From positions 44,126-108,125 of the forward strand of contig CALUMU010000006.1 of assembly GCA_944321825.1 (NCBI GenBank): DNA of 64,000 nucleotides, read 5' to 3'. Within the stretch, counting starts at the first letter, position 1, and the number at the start of each line of letters is the position of its first letter. Under the pieces are notes generated by a model. It ran no database searches. It was not told where the DNA came from and saw nothing but the letters and a program-made list of their open reading frames with translations. Source of the DNA: Candidatus Amulumruptor caecigallinarius. Lineage in GTDB: Bacteria > Bacteroidota > Bacteroidia > Bacteroidales > Muribaculaceae. Both the position numbers and the translations under genes were made by a program. Of this stretch, positions 35,017 to 46,055 are shown piece after piece.

Positions 35017-35574
35017 ATGATAAGAGACGAAGAACTGATAGAGATAGGCAGGTTCAACAAGCCTCACGGCATCCACGGAGAGTTGTCATGCTCCGTGGAC
35101 GATGATGCTGTGGAGTTAGGGCGGTTGAGATGCATCATGGTTTATCGTGACGGTCTGCCTGTGCCGTTCTTCGTGAAGGCCATTCGGCCCCGCAACCATC
35201 ATACATCGCTCGTCACTCTTGACGGCGTGGAGTCCGATGCAGATGCCCGCCAGTTTGCCAACGAAACGATCTATGCGTTGCGCAGCGAGGTCGGGCATAT
35301 GACGGCTGACGATGCGGAGGATGACGGCGAGCAGCCTGACGGAGACGGCCTGTATGCCAGCGACCTTATAGGCATGGAGGTGTGGGCTGACGGCCGCCGT
35401 CTCGGACTGATTACCGATATCGACGATACCACCGCCAATCTGCTGATGGTGGTAGAGCCGCCGGATGCGTCGAAGCCGCTGCTTATCCCGGCTGCTGCGG
35501 AGTTTTTCAGCGACATCGACATCGGAGCCGGACGTATAGAGCTTGACCTGCCAGACGGTCTGATTGACATGTGA
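35017..35574 (+). CDS. rimM: 16S rRNA processing protein RimM
   Basis: 185 aa with IGRFNKPHGIHGEL (RimM N-terminal barrel) and a PRC-barrel C-terminus. An acidic insertion (DDAEDDGEQPDGD) lies between the two. Confidence 0.8.
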   Translation: MIRDEELIEIGRFNKPHGIHGELSCSVDDDAVELGRLRCIMVYRDGLPVPFFVKAIRPRNHHTSLVTLDGVESDADARQFANETIYALRSEVGHMTADDAEDDGEQPDGDGLYASDLIGMEVWADGRRLGLITDIDDTTANLLMVVEPPDASKPLLIPAAAEFFSDIDIGAGRIELDLPDGLIDM

Positions 35575-35668
35575 GTCGGCGGTAATGGCGGAATCAAAAA
35601 AAATGGAAAAATCTACAATAAAGTATTTTAAGGATAAAAAAGATTATAAATCAACATTAACTACAACT

Positions 35669-37954
35669 ATGTCTTCGGTAACAAAAGAAGCTGCGCTGGA
35701 ATACCACGAGTTTCCGCGCCCCGGCAAGATTGAAATCGTGCCCACCAAACCCTATTCGTCGCAACAGGACCTCGCACTGGCGTATTCGCCCGGTGTGGCT
35801 TATCCCTGTCTTGACATTGAGAAAAACCCGGCTGACGCCTACCGCTACACCGACAAGTGCAACCTTGTGGCTGTGATTTCCAACGGTACGGCTGTGCTCG
35901 GCCTCGGAGACATAGGCGCTCTTGCCGGCAAGCCCGTCATGGAGGGCAAAGCTCTTCTTTTCAAGATATTCTCAGGTCTTGACTGCTATGACATTGAGGT
36001 CAACGAGAAAGATCCTGAAAAATTCATCGAGATAGTGAAAGCTATCTCTCCGACATTCGGAGGTATCAACCTCGAGGATATCAAGGCTCCTGAGTGTTTT
36101 GAAATCGAACGCCGTCTCAAGGAGGAGTGCGACATCCCCGTGATGCACGACGACCAGCACGGCACTGCCATCATCTCGGCCGCCGGACTGCTCAACGCCC
36201 TTGAACTGCAAGGCAAAAAGATTGAAGATGTCAAGTTGGTGGTCAACGGAGCCGGTGCGGCAGCTGTGTCATGTACCCGTCTGTACATAGCCCTTGGTGT
36301 CAGGAAAGAGAACATCGTCATGTGTGACAGCCGTGGCGTACTCACTACGCGCCGCACAGACCTCAATCCACAGAAGAAGGAGTTCGCCACCGACCGCGAC
36401 ATCACCACGCTTGCCGAAGCGATGAAGGATGCCGACGTGTTCCTCGGTCTCTCGGTCAAGGATGTCGTTACCCCGGAGATGCTACAGTCTATGGCTCCAA
36501 AACCCATAGTGTTTGCGCTTGCCAATCCCGACCCCGAAATCTCGTTTGAGAAGGCGAAGGCTTCGCGTGAAGACCTGATTTTCGCCACAGGCCGTAGCGA
36601 CTATCCCAACCAGATCAACAATGTGCTCGGATTCCCGTATATATTCCGTGGTGCGCTTGACTGCGGAGCGACAGCAATCAACGAGGAGATGAAGCTGGCT
36701 GCTGTCAAGGCTATCGCCGACCTCGCCAAGCTGCCTGTACCCCAGGTGGTCAACGCCGCATACAATATGAACGACATGAAGTTTGGCCCCGACTACATAC
36801 TCCCCAAGGCTCTTGACCCGCGCCTGCTCGGTGTCGTAGCCCCGGCTGTGGCACGTGGAGCCATGGAGAGCGGAGTGGCGCAGCGTCCTATCACCGACTG
36901 GGAAGCTTACGGTGTCAAGCTCCGCAGCCTCATGGGTTATGACAACAAGATCGTGCGCAATCTTGCTGCCCAGGCCCGTCAGAATCCCAAGCGTGTGGTG
37001 TTTGGCGAAGGCAACACCGACAATATGCTGCGTGCCGCTGTGCTTGCCGCCCGCGAAGGCATCTGCAAGGCTATCGTGCTCGGCAACGAAGAGATGATAC
37101 AGAAGCGTGCCGACCGTTTAGGCATCAATATTTCAGATGTCGAGATTGTCAATCTGCGCCATGACCGTGAGGCTGACCGCCGTATGCGTTATGCCGAGCA
37201 CCTGTCGAGCAAGTGTATGCGTTCAGGATATACCATGGACGAGTCGCTCGAGAAGATGTTTGACCGCAACTACTTCGGCATGATGATGGTGGAGATGGGC
37301 GATGCCGATGCCTTTATCTCCGGCACATATTCAGGTTCTCATCAAGCCGGCGACATAGCCAAGCAGGTGGTGGGCATACGTGACGGATTCAAGCATTTCG
37401 CCACTATGCACATCGTCAACACCAAGCGCGGAGTGTACTTCCTCGCCGACACCATGGTCAACCATGATGCCGACAAGGACACTCTCAAGGAGATAGCCCG
37501 TCTGACAGGCTATGCTGTGGATTACTTTGCCCATGATCCTGTGATGGCTATGGTGAGCTACAGCAACTTCGGCTCTAACGACGAGCCCGAGTGCTGCAGC
37601 GTGCATCAGGCTATCAACGAGCTCCACGAAGAGTTCCCCGAAATGGCTATCGACGGCGAAATGCAGGTTCACTATGCTCTCGACAAGGAGCTGCGTGACA
37701 GCAAATATCCGTTCAACAAGATTGCCGGCAAGGATGTCAACACGCTCATATTCCCCAACCTTACGGCAGCAAATGCCGCTTACCGCATGATGCTCGAGAT
37801 GGGTGTAGGCGAGGCTGTGGGCCCGATCCAGATAGGTCTGAAGAAGCCGATTCACTTTATCAATGTGGATTCGTCGCCTCGTGACATCGTCAATCTCGCC
37901 ACGGTGGCAGTCGTCGATGCATGCGTGCTTGACAAAATCAGTTCGTCCAAGTAA
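35669..37954 (+). CDS. maeB: NADP-dependent malic enzyme with C-terminal phosphate acetyltransferase-like domain
   Basis: The ORF track starts at 35564. I call the start at [28 protein letters not shown] (ATG 35669, 761 aa). It has [20 protein letters not shown] and FGGINLEDI malic-enzyme motifs. Confidence 0.9.
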   Translation: MSSVTKEAALEYHEFPRPGKIEIVPTKPYSSQQDLALAYSPGVAYPCLDIEKNPADAYRYTDKCNLVAVISNGTAVLGLGDIGALAGKPVMEGKALLFKIFSGLDCYDIEVNEKDPEKFIEIVKAISPTFGGINLEDIKAPECFEIERRLKEECDIPVMHDDQHGTAIISAAGLLNALELQGKKIEDVKLVVNGAGAAAVSCTRLYIALGVRKENIVMCDSRGVLTTRRTDLNPQKKEFATDRDITTLAEAMKDADVFLGLSVKDVVTPEMLQSMAPKPIVFALANPDPEISFEKAKASREDLIFATGRSDYPNQINNVLGFPYIFRGALDCGATAINEEMKLAAVKAIADLAKLPVPQVVNAAYNMNDMKFGPDYILPKALDPRLLGVVAPAVARGAMESGVAQRPITDWEAYGVKLRSLMGYDNKIVRNLAAQARQNPKRVVFGEGNTDNMLRAAVLAAREGICKAIVLGNEEMIQKRADRLGINISDVEIVNLRHDREADRRMRYAEHLSSKCMRSGYTMDESLEKMFDRNYFGMMMVEMGDADAFISGTYSGSHQAGDIAKQVVGIRDGFKHFATMHIVNTKRGVYFLADTMVNHDADKDTLKEIARLTGYAVDYFAHDPVMAMVSYSNFGSNDEPECCSVHQAINELHEEFPEMAIDGEMQVHYALDKELRDSKYPFNKIAGKDVNTLIFPNLTAANAAYRMMLEMGVGEAVGPIQIGLKKPIHFINVDSSPRDIVNLATVAVVDACVLDKISSSK

Positions 37955-38038
37955 GGAGCGATGTAAACGACTTCTTAATCTTTGTCGCCGATGCTGTCGG
38001 AAAAAGACAGCTACCGACCGACATACACACATATGATG

Positions 38039-38061
38039 CAGGGCCGGAATTTCCGGCCCTG
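38039..38061 (+). terminator. palindromic hairpin after maeB
   Basis: CAGGGCCGGAA-t-TTCCGGCCCTG, followed by acatttatgtt (a moderate U-tract). Confidence 0.55.
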
Positions 38062-38099
38062 ACATTTATGTTAAACTTATACGTAGTAACTTTGTAAAG

Positions 38100-39323
38100 A
38101 TGGTTATGACTAATCACGTGACAGTATGCGATCAGGACCCGCAGCCGCGCTTGTGGAACTCCAACTATGTGCGCGTATGGGTGGCCAACTTCATGCTGTT
38201 TTTTGCATTCTACCTGCTGACCCCACTTCTTCCCATATTCCTGTGGGACACGTTTAAAGCCGACAGTGCTGTGACGGGTATAGTGTTGAGCGGATATACG
38301 GTGACGGCTCTGATCACGCGTCCGTTCAGCGGTTATATAGTGGACTCGTTTCCGCGAAAGAAGGTGCTGATGTGGTGTTTCTTCTTCTTTGCGGTATTTT
38401 TCGCGGGGTATTTCCTTACGTGGTCGCTGATGCTGTTTGCCATAATACGCACACTCCACGGTGCCCCTTTCGGAGCGTTGACTGTGGCCAACAGTACGAT
38501 GGCGATAGACGTGCTGCATCCTCGCCGCCGAGCCGAAGGCATAGGATTCTACGGATTGAGCAATAATATCGCCATGGCTATAGGCCCTTCGATAGGTATG
38601 TTTGTCTATCGCGAAGTGCATGATTTCAATGTCTTGTTCGGGCTGTCGTTGGTGATAGCGTTGCTCGGTCTGGTCATAGATGCCGGCATCAAGGCGCGTG
38701 ACCGTCAGCCCATGGCCGCATCGGATGAACGGAAACGCATGTCGCTTGACCGCTTCTTCCTCGTGCAGGGGTGGAGCGAGGCCATCGTGATAGCAGGTCT
38801 GTCGTTCGGCTTCGGCATCATTTCCACTTATTTGGCTATATATTCCGAGACGGTCATTGACGTAAAGGGCGGCACTGCGATATACTTTGCGCTACTTGCT
38901 GCCGGACTGATAGGTTCGCGGTTAGTGGGAAGCCGCACTCTGCGGCGTGGATTGGTCGTGGAAAATGCGCAGTGGGGCATGACGCTGTCGCTGCTCGGCT
39001 ATCTGGCGTTTGTAGTCCTGCCTTATCCAGTGGGATATTACGGCTCTGCGTTGGTGATAGGCATGGGTAATGGGCACATGTTTCCTGCCATGCAGACCAT
39101 GTTCATCAATCTGGCCCACAACAACCGCCGAGGCACAGCCAACTCGACGCTGCTCGTGTCGTGGGATGTGGGCATCGGTCTCGGCATAGTCGTAGGAGGT
39201 GCGGTGGCGCACTATTACGGATACAAGGCAGCTTTTTGGAATGCTTTTGCTGTCAATCTGCTCGCTGTGGCGTTTTTCTGGCTGTATGTACGCGGCAGTT
39301 ATCTCCGTAACCGATTGAGGTAG
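38100..39323 (+). CDS. MFS transporter
   Basis: 407 aa with 12 predicted TM helices and a GYIVDSFPRKKV MFS loop 2-3 motif. A TAACTTTG box at 38087-38094 means the start may be ATG 38100 or 38106. Confidence 0.8.
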   Translation: MVMTNHVTVCDQDPQPRLWNSNYVRVWVANFMLFFAFYLLTPLLPIFLWDTFKADSAVTGIVLSGYTVTALITRPFSGYIVDSFPRKKVLMWCFFFFAVFFAGYFLTWSLMLFAIIRTLHGAPFGALTVANSTMAIDVLHPRRRAEGIGFYGLSNNIAMAIGPSIGMFVYREVHDFNVLFGLSLVIALLGLVIDAGIKARDRQPMAASDERKRMSLDRFFLVQGWSEAIVIAGLSFGFGIISTYLAIYSETVIDVKGGTAIYFALLAAGLIGSRLVGSRTLRRGLVVENAQWGMTLSLLGYLAFVVLPYPVGYYGSALVIGMGNGHMFPAMQTMFINLAHNNRRGTANSTLLVSWDVGIGLGIVVGGAVAHYYGYKAAFWNAFAVNLLAVAFFWLYVRGSYLRNRLR

Positions 39324-39335
39324 AGGATGGTGAAC

Positions 39336-40172
39336 TTATTTTAACTCGTCAGGCAGCGCACCGAGCAGGAGAGCCACCCTGCGGGGGTCTACACCGAGGC
39401 TTATGGCCTTTTGGCCGTCCTCTTTGGCTGCGTCAAGCTGGTAACGCTTTTTGTTGAGCCCGGCACGGAGATAGTAAGCTTCGCCGTCGTTGGGGTCGAT
39501 GCGCATGGCATCGGCGATGTCCATAGATGCATCGTCGAGTTGGTCAAGCATCATGTGGGCTGCTGCCCGTCCGAGGTATGTCTCTATCTCAGGATTCCGG
39601 GCTATGAGGGCGTTGTACTCGGTGATGGCTGCGTGGTAATTGTTGATTTTGGTGTTGTACGCCGCCCATGCCTTGTGGTCCGCTTCGGAGCCGGGAACGA
39701 GTTCGCGGAGGCGTATGAAATCTTTTTTTGCCGTGACGGTGTCCCCGGAGTTGAGGGCGAGGCTGCCGTGGATGTAGAATGCGTAAAATGCATCGGGGTT
39801 CACCTCTGTGATTTTGCCGAAATCGGCCATCGCGCCGGCCACGTCGTCGGTGTTCATGCGCAACTGGCCGCGACGTTCGAGCAGCAGAGTGTCTGATTCA
39901 TTTTTTGCTAAAGCTTCGTCGAGGGTGGCTATCGCCACAGAGTCGCGTCCTTGAAGGCTTTGCACAAGAGCCAGATTGGCTACGATTTGGGATATCTGCC
40001 GGCTTTCGGGATAGTCGGCTATAAGCTGTCGGTACGCTTTCTCGGCCGCAGCCCAGTCTTGTGAGTTTTCGGCATTGTTGGCACGGCCGAGTATGGCGTT
40101 GAATGATTCCTGTGCCGTAATGTATGATGAAGCGCACAGCACAACGGCCAGCATAGGGATGAATCTTTTCAT
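39336..40172 (-). CDS. secreted tetratricopeptide-repeat protein
   Basis: 278 aa with a signal peptide (MKRFIPMLAVVLCASSYITAQ) and several TPR-like A/Y/L repeat helices. Confidence 0.7.
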   Translation of the reverse strand: MKRFIPMLAVVLCASSYITAQESFNAILGRANNAENSQDWAAAEKAYRQLIADYPESRQISQIVANLALVQSLQGRDSVAIATLDEALAKNESDTLLLERRGQLRMNTDDVAGAMADFGKITEVNPDAFYAFYIHGSLALNSGDTVTAKKDFIRLRELVPGSEADHKAWAAYNTKINNYHAAITEYNALIARNPEIETYLGRAAAHMMLDQLDDASMDIADAMRIDPNDGEAYYLRAGLNKKRYQLDAAKEDGQKAISLGVDPRRVALLLGALPDELK

Positions 40173-40307
40173 AATGGATTAGGGAGGATAGGGGTATTAC
40201 TGTTTATATGTGCATTGATTTTTTTGACTTACTTGTGCTGCAAATATAGGCTTTTTCATGCAGCGATTTGTTATATTTGTGTCAGATAATAATGTAAATA
40301 AGACCTA

Positions 40308-40871
40308 ATGAAGATAGCATCGCAGAAACGTAAAGAGAACATAGCCGAATACTTGCTGTATATGTGGCAGATTGAGGACATCATCAGGGCTAACGGCCTT
40401 GATATGGACAGGATACGTCATAATGTCATAGACCGTCTGGGGCTTGACGAGACGCAAAGCCGTGAAGTGACCGAGTGGTACGAGAGCCTTGTAGATATGA
40501 TGAGACGCGAAGGGGTGGAGAAGAAAGGACATCTGCAGCTCAACAAGAATGTCATCATTCAGCTCGTAGATCTGCATACGGCTCTGCTTAAAGACCCCAA
40601 ATTCCAGGACTATACCGCCGAATTTTACAAGACGCTGCCATATATAGTGGAGTTACGGGCGAAGTCGGGTGAAGAAAAGTCGGGTGAGATAGAGACGTGT
40701 TTCAATGCTCTCTACGGTATGCTGATGCTGCGGTTGCAGAAAAAGGAGGTCAGCCCGGAAACCCAAATCGCCATCAAGCAGATATCGCGTTTCATAGCTC
40801 TGCTTGCCCATAATTTCAGACTTGACGAGGAGGACAAGCTATTTGCCAACGAGGACAGTCTGACGGACTGA
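40308..40871 (+). CDS. DUF4924-like protein
   Basis: 187 aa. The N-terminal KRKENIAEYLLYMWQIEDIIRA block is what I associate with DUF4924. Confidence 0.6.
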   Translation: MKIASQKRKENIAEYLLYMWQIEDIIRANGLDMDRIRHNVIDRLGLDETQSREVTEWYESLVDMMRREGVEKKGHLQLNKNVIIQLVDLHTALLKDPKFQDYTAEFYKTLPYIVELRAKSGEEKSGEIETCFNALYGMLMLRLQKKEVSPETQIAIKQISRFIALLAHNFRLDEEDKLFANEDSLTD

Positions 40872-40894
40872 TACAGAGCAGTGCAATAATTAAA

Positions 40895-40960
40895 GGAGCG
40901 GACTTCACGCATTGTTGAAGTCCGCTCCTCGTTGTTATTATAGACTGGTGGAAGTCCGCT
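40895..40960. terminator. three-arm bidirectional terminator between DUF4924 (+) and the SLC45-like gene (-)
   Basis: Arm A is GGAGCGGACTTCA (40895-907). Arm B is TGAAGTCCGCTCC (40916-28), followed on the minus strand by TTTAATTATT. Arm C is GAAGTCCGCT (40951-60), followed on the plus strand by TTTTTATTT. Confidence 0.55.
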
Positions 40961-40962
40961 TT

Positions 40963-42801
40963 TTATTTGTTGTCATCGGATGGATTGTGTTCCTTGATGA
41001 ATACCACGCAGATGGCGCCGATTACAAGCGATATGCCGGCCACGACCATCATCATGTACTGGGGAGCTATCTGGCCGGGAGTACTCAGGGCTGCGAGGAT
41101 GACACCTCCGAGGAGGGCTGCCACAATCTGCGGAATGCAGATAGAGCAGTTGAACAGTCCGAGGTATGCGCCGATGTTGCCGCCCTTGAGCGAGTTGGTG
41201 AGGATGGTGAAAGGCCATGCCAACATTGCTGCCCACGCACATCCGATAAGTACGAATGATATGAAGAGCATATACTGGTTGGTGAAGATTCCGGCGGTGA
41301 TGAAGCCGGCAGCCCCGAGCAGAAGGCTAAGCGTGTAGGAGAATTTGCGGCTGCGGAACATAGGCAGGCAGACAGCCCATAGTACCGAACCGATAGCCTG
41401 TACGGCAAATAGGATGCCAACCCAGTTGCCGGCGGCATTGTATTGTTTTGACTCGGTGTTGAGCTCAAGGGTGCTGTTGTACTCGGCCTGTTGGGCATCT
41501 TGAATATGCGCCGCGTCCACTCCATCGAGATAGAGTTCGCCTGTACGCGGATCATGGGTATAAATGTCGCATAGGAGTATGTCCTGTGGGCCTACCATGC
41601 GGCTGAGGTGGCTGACTATTTTGATGTCTTTTACGCCTTCGAGGTGCTGGTTATGGTTTATGACCAGGAAGCCGCCTTTGAGGTCGATGGGCTGGTCGAA
41701 CTCGTATTTGGGATTGCCGTTGACTGTGGCGATCATGCCGTTGATGAGCAGGGTGTCGGTGGGCATGTTGGGACGCACAAGTTCAATCATGTCGGCGTTG
41801 TAGAATACGCTGTCGGCCATGAAGCCGGCTGCTACGGCTTTGCCCTGCTTGATGATGAGGGTCGAATCGGCATCGAGAATATATTTGGCATTGTGCGATG
41901 CGATGAGCTTGTGGTTGCTGTCATATTCGTTGATGCCGTGGATGCGCTCGATTGACGGGGTGTCGAAGCATGTCGATGCGATAGTTCCGTTGGTATATGT
42001 CCACATGAACAGGAATGCGAACCAGCAGAAGAACTGTACGAGGCCTACTGTCCAGAATGTGCTGGGAGCCTTGACAAGCAGGGTGAAGAGGTTGTCCTTG
42101 GACTTCTTCCCTTCATCGGCTGTAGCGGGGCCTCCGTTGTACTCAGCATAGGTCTGCGGAGGCCACTCTTTGATTTTGGCAAGAGAATATACCACGCATA
42201 TGAGCAGGATGGCAGCACCGATGTAGAATGAGAATATCACCGTCTGCGGGATGACACCCTCGGCGGCGGTGTTCTGGAAGCCGATCCATGTCAGCAGGAA
42301 GGGGAATACGTAACCCACGATGGAGCCGGCGTTGCAGAGGAAGCTCTGTATGGAGTATGCGAGACCTTTCTGCTTTTCGTTGACCATGTCGCCGACAAGC
42401 ATCTTGAACGGCTGCATCGCCATGTTGATTGATGTGTCGAGGAGCATCAGGGCTATCAGACCGACGATGATGGCGCTTGACACTGCAAGGCCGAAGCTGC
42501 CGGCATTGGGGAGAAGGCACATCACTATGATGGCTACGAGTGCACCGAAGATGAGGTAGGGCAGACGGCGGCCGAAGCGGCACCATGTCTTGTCAGATGC
42601 GGTGCCCACGATAGGCTGGACTATAAGCCCCATCAGAGGCGGCAGAATCCAGAAGTAACTCAAATCGTGGGGGTCGGCTCCCAATGTGGCGAATATTCGC
42701 GACACATTGGCGCTCTGGAGGGCATAGGCAATCTGTACGCCGAAGAATCCGAAGCTTAGATTCCACAGTTTCCAGAATCCTAAGTCAGGTTTCGTTTTCA
42801 T
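40963..42801 (-). CDS. MFS transporter, SLC45/GPH-like sugar:cation symporter with a large TM7-TM8 loop
   Basis: The ORF track starts at 42861. I prefer MKTKPDLGFWKLWNLSFGFFGVQ (ATG comp. 42799-42801). It has the GTASDKTWCRFGRRLPY motif (the RxGRR of GPH/SLC45) and a non-membrane insertion of about 185 aa. Confidence 0.75.
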   Translation of the reverse strand: MKTKPDLGFWKLWNLSFGFFGVQIAYALQSANVSRIFATLGADPHDLSYFWILPPLMGLIVQPIVGTASDKTWCRFGRRLPYLIFGALVAIIVMCLLPNAGSFGLAVSSAIIVGLIALMLLDTSINMAMQPFKMLVGDMVNEKQKGLAYSIQSFLCNAGSIVGYVFPFLLTWIGFQNTAAEGVIPQTVIFSFYIGAAILLICVVYSLAKIKEWPPQTYAEYNGGPATADEGKKSKDNLFTLLVKAPSTFWTVGLVQFFCWFAFLFMWTYTNGTIASTCFDTPSIERIHGINEYDSNHKLIASHNAKYILDADSTLIIKQGKAVAAGFMADSVFYNADMIELVRPNMPTDTLLINGMIATVNGNPKYEFDQPIDLKGGFLVINHNQHLEGVKDIKIVSHLSRMVGPQDILLCDIYTHDPRTGELYLDGVDAAHIQDAQQAEYNSTLELNTESKQYNAAGNWVGILFAVQAIGSVLWAVCLPMFRSRKFSYTLSLLLGAAGFITAGIFTNQYMLFISFVLIGCAWAAMLAWPFTILTNSLKGGNIGAYLGLFNCSICIPQIVAALLGGVILAALSTPGQIAPQYMMMVVAGISLVIGAICVVFIKEHNPSDDNK

Positions 42802-42861
42802 AGGGTTAGTGTGAGATGATAAGGTAATGTTTATGTGATATTTTTTATTGATTGTTGTCAC

Positions 42862-43713
42862 TTAATTGATTGTCGTCAATGAGTACAGCCACTGGATTTC
42901 CTGAGCCCACAGTGTTTCGTCAGGGGTCTCGAGAATCATAGGTATGCCGTCAAGACGGCCGTCGGTCATCAGCATCTTGAAGAAGCGTCCGCCCAATGTC
43001 CCCTTGGAGAGTGATTCGTGCCGGTCGATACGTGCGTCCAATGGGCGTTTGGAATCGTTGATGTGCATCCCGGAGAGGTATTTCAGCCCTATGATGCGGT
43101 CGAAGTCTTGCCAAGTGCGTTCATAGCCCTCTTCGGTGGCGAGGTCATAGCCGGCAGAGTAAGCGTGGCAAGTGTCTATGCATATGCCTACCCTCGATTT
43201 ATCCTCTACTTTGTCGATGATGTGTGCGAGCTGTTCAAAGGAATATCCCAGATTGCTTCCCTGTCCGGCCGTGTTCTCGATGACGGCTTTTACTCCGGAG
43301 GTCTTGTCAAGGATGTGGTTGATGGAGTCGGCTATGAGATCCAGACATTCGTCAGGCGTAATCAGCTTGAGATGGCTTCCTGGGTGGAAGTTGAGCATGG
43401 TCAGCCCCAGCTGTTCGCAACGGCGCATCTCGTCAAGAAAAGCATCTCTCGACATGTGGAGCTTCTGCTTGTCGGGAGCTCCGAGATTGATGAGATAGCT
43501 GTCGTGGGGGAGGATGCGGTCGGGTGTGTATCCAAACTCCTGACAGTTGGCCTTGAACCGCTCGGCTTCAGACTCAGGGATGGGAGAAGATTTCCAACGC
43601 GACGGATTGCGTGTAAACAGGGCAAACGCCTGCGCTCCTATGGCGTGGGCGTTGATGGGTGCGCGGCTGACACCTTCAGAGGCAGATACGTGGGCTCCAA
43701 TAAATTTCATCAT
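42862..43713 (-). CDS. nfo: deoxyribonuclease IV (endonuclease IV)
   Basis: 283 aa with [28 protein letters not shown] and [13 protein letters not shown] (Nfo metal-site motifs). Confidence 0.95.
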   Translation of the reverse strand: MMKFIGAHVSASEGVSRAPINAHAIGAQAFALFTRNPSRWKSSPIPESEAERFKANCQEFGYTPDRILPHDSYLINLGAPDKQKLHMSRDAFLDEMRRCEQLGLTMLNFHPGSHLKLITPDECLDLIADSINHILDKTSGVKAVIENTAGQGSNLGYSFEQLAHIIDKVEDKSRVGICIDTCHAYSAGYDLATEEGYERTWQDFDRIIGLKYLSGMHINDSKRPLDARIDRHESLSKGTLGGRFFKMLMTDGRLDGIPMILETPDETLWAQEIQWLYSLTTIN

Positions 43714-43881
43714 ACAAAAGTACCATTTTGTGCTTGAATTTATGGAATCATGGTAAAGTTATAGGATGTTTTTAACCATTAAATTAGCTAAATTTAACAA
43801 AACTGGTGCGTTCTTGCGTAATAGGGTGGTATAAATGGGTTGCGGGAATGGACATATTTTTGCAGATGGCTCAAAAATTCT

Positions 43882-43889
43882 TAATTTTG
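43882..43889 (+). promoter_or_regulatory. candidate -7 box (TAATTTTG) of the tkt promoter
   Basis: TTTG-N19-TAATTTTG arrangement about 110 nt upstream of ATG 44002. The spacer contains GGCTCAAAAAT (43868-43878). Confidence 0.45.
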
Positions 43890-44001
43890 CACTATTAGTA
43901 ATAACGAATTAACTCAATATTCATCTAAGTAAGTCACAAAAATTAACGTGTTCATAGACCGCGCTGTTTTAAGGCTTGCTTAATATAATAATTCCTGCTC
44001 A

Positions 44002-46029
44002 ATGGATATAAAGCAACTAAACAATGCTGCTGACAACATCCGCGTTCTCGCCGCGACAATGGTAGAGAAAGCCAAATCAGGGCATCCGGGAGGTGCTATG
44101 GGCGGAGCCGATTTTGTCAATGTGCTCTATTCCAAGTTCTTGATTTCAGACCCCGATGACCCCACATGGTTCTGGCGTGACAGATTCTTCCTTGACCCCG
44201 GCCACATGTCGCCGATGCTCTACAGCGTGCTTGCGCTGGCAGGCAAGTACACGGTCGAGGAACTTAAGGAGTTCCGTCAGTGGGGCAGTGTTACCCCAGG
44301 GCATCCCGAAGTGGACCAGGCGAGAGGTGTGGAGAACACCTCCGGACCGCTTGGCCAAGGACATGCTATGGCTGTAGGAGCTGCAATAGCGGAGCGTATG
44401 TTCGCCCAGCGTTTCGGAGAGCTGTTCGCTCATAAGACCTATGCTTTCATATCCGATGGCGGTATCCAGGAAGAGATTGCCCAGGGGGCTGGCCGTTTGG
44501 CCGGCTTCCTTAAGCTGCACAACCTGATAATGTTTTATGACTGCAACGACGTGCAGCTGTCGACCATGGTCGATGAAATCACCACAGAGGATTACGAAGC
44601 CAAATACCGCGCCTGGGGTTGGAACGTGCTGACCATCGACGGCAACGACCCCGTGGCGATATCGCAGGCTCTGACATCTGCCATAAGCGAGACTGAGAAG
44701 CCGACATTAATCATCGGACGCACAGTGATGGGCAAAGGATGCGTCAATGCCGATGGCGAAAGTTGGGAGAGGCGTACGTCGACCCACGGACAGCCTATCA
44801 GCAAGAGCGGAGCCGACTATGCGGCTACAGTACGCAACCTCGGAGGAGACCCTGACGATGCATGGGCCATAAGGGATGACTCGGTAGAGTTATATAAAGA
44901 AAGTGCCGAGCGTCAGAGGTCGGTTGTCAAAGCCCGCCGGGAGGCTATCGAAGCATGGAAGCAGGCTAACCCGGCGAAAGCCGCAGAGCTCCAGGACTAC
45001 ATGGACCTCAAGCTGCCGGAGATAGATTATGCCGCCATATCGCATAAGGCGAATGTGGCCACACGCACTGCTTCGGCCGATGTGCTGAAGGTGCTGGGCG
45101 AGAAGGTAGGCAATATGATAGTGTCGTCGGCCGACCTCGCTAATTCTGACAAGACCGAGGCTTTCCTCAAGGTTACAGGGGCTATCACTCCCGGCGACTT
45201 TTCAGGCCGGTTCCTGCACGCCGGTGTCGCCGAACTCACCATGGCTGCGGTGATGAATGGTCTGCTCCTGCATGGCGGCATGTTTGCGGCATGTGGGACG
45301 TTCTTCGTTTTCTCGGACTATATGAAGCCGGCCATACGAATGGCTGCGCTGATGGAACTCCCTGTGAAGTACGTGTTCACACACGATGCTTTCCGTGTAG
45401 GTGAGGACGGCCCTACTCACGAGCCTGTAGAGCACGAACATCAGTTGCGCCTCCTTGAAGAGCTGCATAACCAGTCGGGTAAGCCGTCGCTGCTTGTGCT
45501 CCGTCCGGCCGATAGTGCCGAGACCACGGTGGCCTGGGAGATGGCTATGGCCAATGGCGATACTCCCACTGCTCTGATACTGTCGCGTCAGGATGTGGCT
45601 GATCTGCCGTCGAAGGGCGGTGACCGTTACCGCGACGCTCAGGGCGTGCGCCGTGGCGGATACGTGGTCAAGGGTTCAGGTAATCCTGATGTGACGCTCG
45701 TAGGCAACGGCTCTGAAGTGTCGCTGCTGTGTGATGTCGCTGTGCTTCTTGATGAGGCTGGCATCTCTGCAAGAGTCGTCTCTGTGCCGTCTATCGGCCT
45801 GTTCCTTGAGCAGGATGAGGCATACCGCCGGAGCGTGATTCCTGCCGGTGTGCCTGTGTTCGGCTTGACCGCAGGGCTGCCTTCTACGCTGCGGCCTGTC
45901 GTGGGAGCCAATGGTACGGTATACGGCCTCGGACGTTTCGGAGCATCTGCGCCCTACAAGGTGCTTGATGAGAAATTCGGCTTCACCGCGGACAATATAC
46001 TGGCCAAGGTTAAGGAATTTTTGGCATAA
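44002..46029 (+). CDS. tkt: transketolase
   Basis: 675 aa with SGHPGGAMGGADF, GPLGQGHAMAVG and DGPTHEPVEH motifs. Confidence 0.95.
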   Translation: MDIKQLNNAADNIRVLAATMVEKAKSGHPGGAMGGADFVNVLYSKFLISDPDDPTWFWRDRFFLDPGHMSPMLYSVLALAGKYTVEELKEFRQWGSVTPGHPEVDQARGVENTSGPLGQGHAMAVGAAIAERMFAQRFGELFAHKTYAFISDGGIQEEIAQGAGRLAGFLKLHNLIMFYDCNDVQLSTMVDEITTEDYEAKYRAWGWNVLTIDGNDPVAISQALTSAISETEKPTLIIGRTVMGKGCVNADGESWERRTSTHGQPISKSGADYAATVRNLGGDPDDAWAIRDDSVELYKESAERQRSVVKARREAIEAWKQANPAKAAELQDYMDLKLPEIDYAAISHKANVATRTASADVLKVLGEKVGNMIVSSADLANSDKTEAFLKVTGAITPGDFSGRFLHAGVAELTMAAVMNGLLLHGGMFAACGTFFVFSDYMKPAIRMAALMELPVKYVFTHDAFRVGEDGPTHEPVEHEHQLRLLEELHNQSGKPSLLVLRPADSAETTVAWEMAMANGDTPTALILSRQDVADLPSKGGDRYRDAQGVRRGGYVVKGSGNPDVTLVGNGSEVSLLCDVAVLLDEAGISARVVSVPSIGLFLEQDEAYRRSVIPAGVPVFGLTAGLPSTLRPVVGANGTVYGLGRFGASAPYKVLDEKFGFTADNILAKVKEFLA

Positions 46030-46055
46030 GAAGTCATCTAAACTTTTTATTGAAT

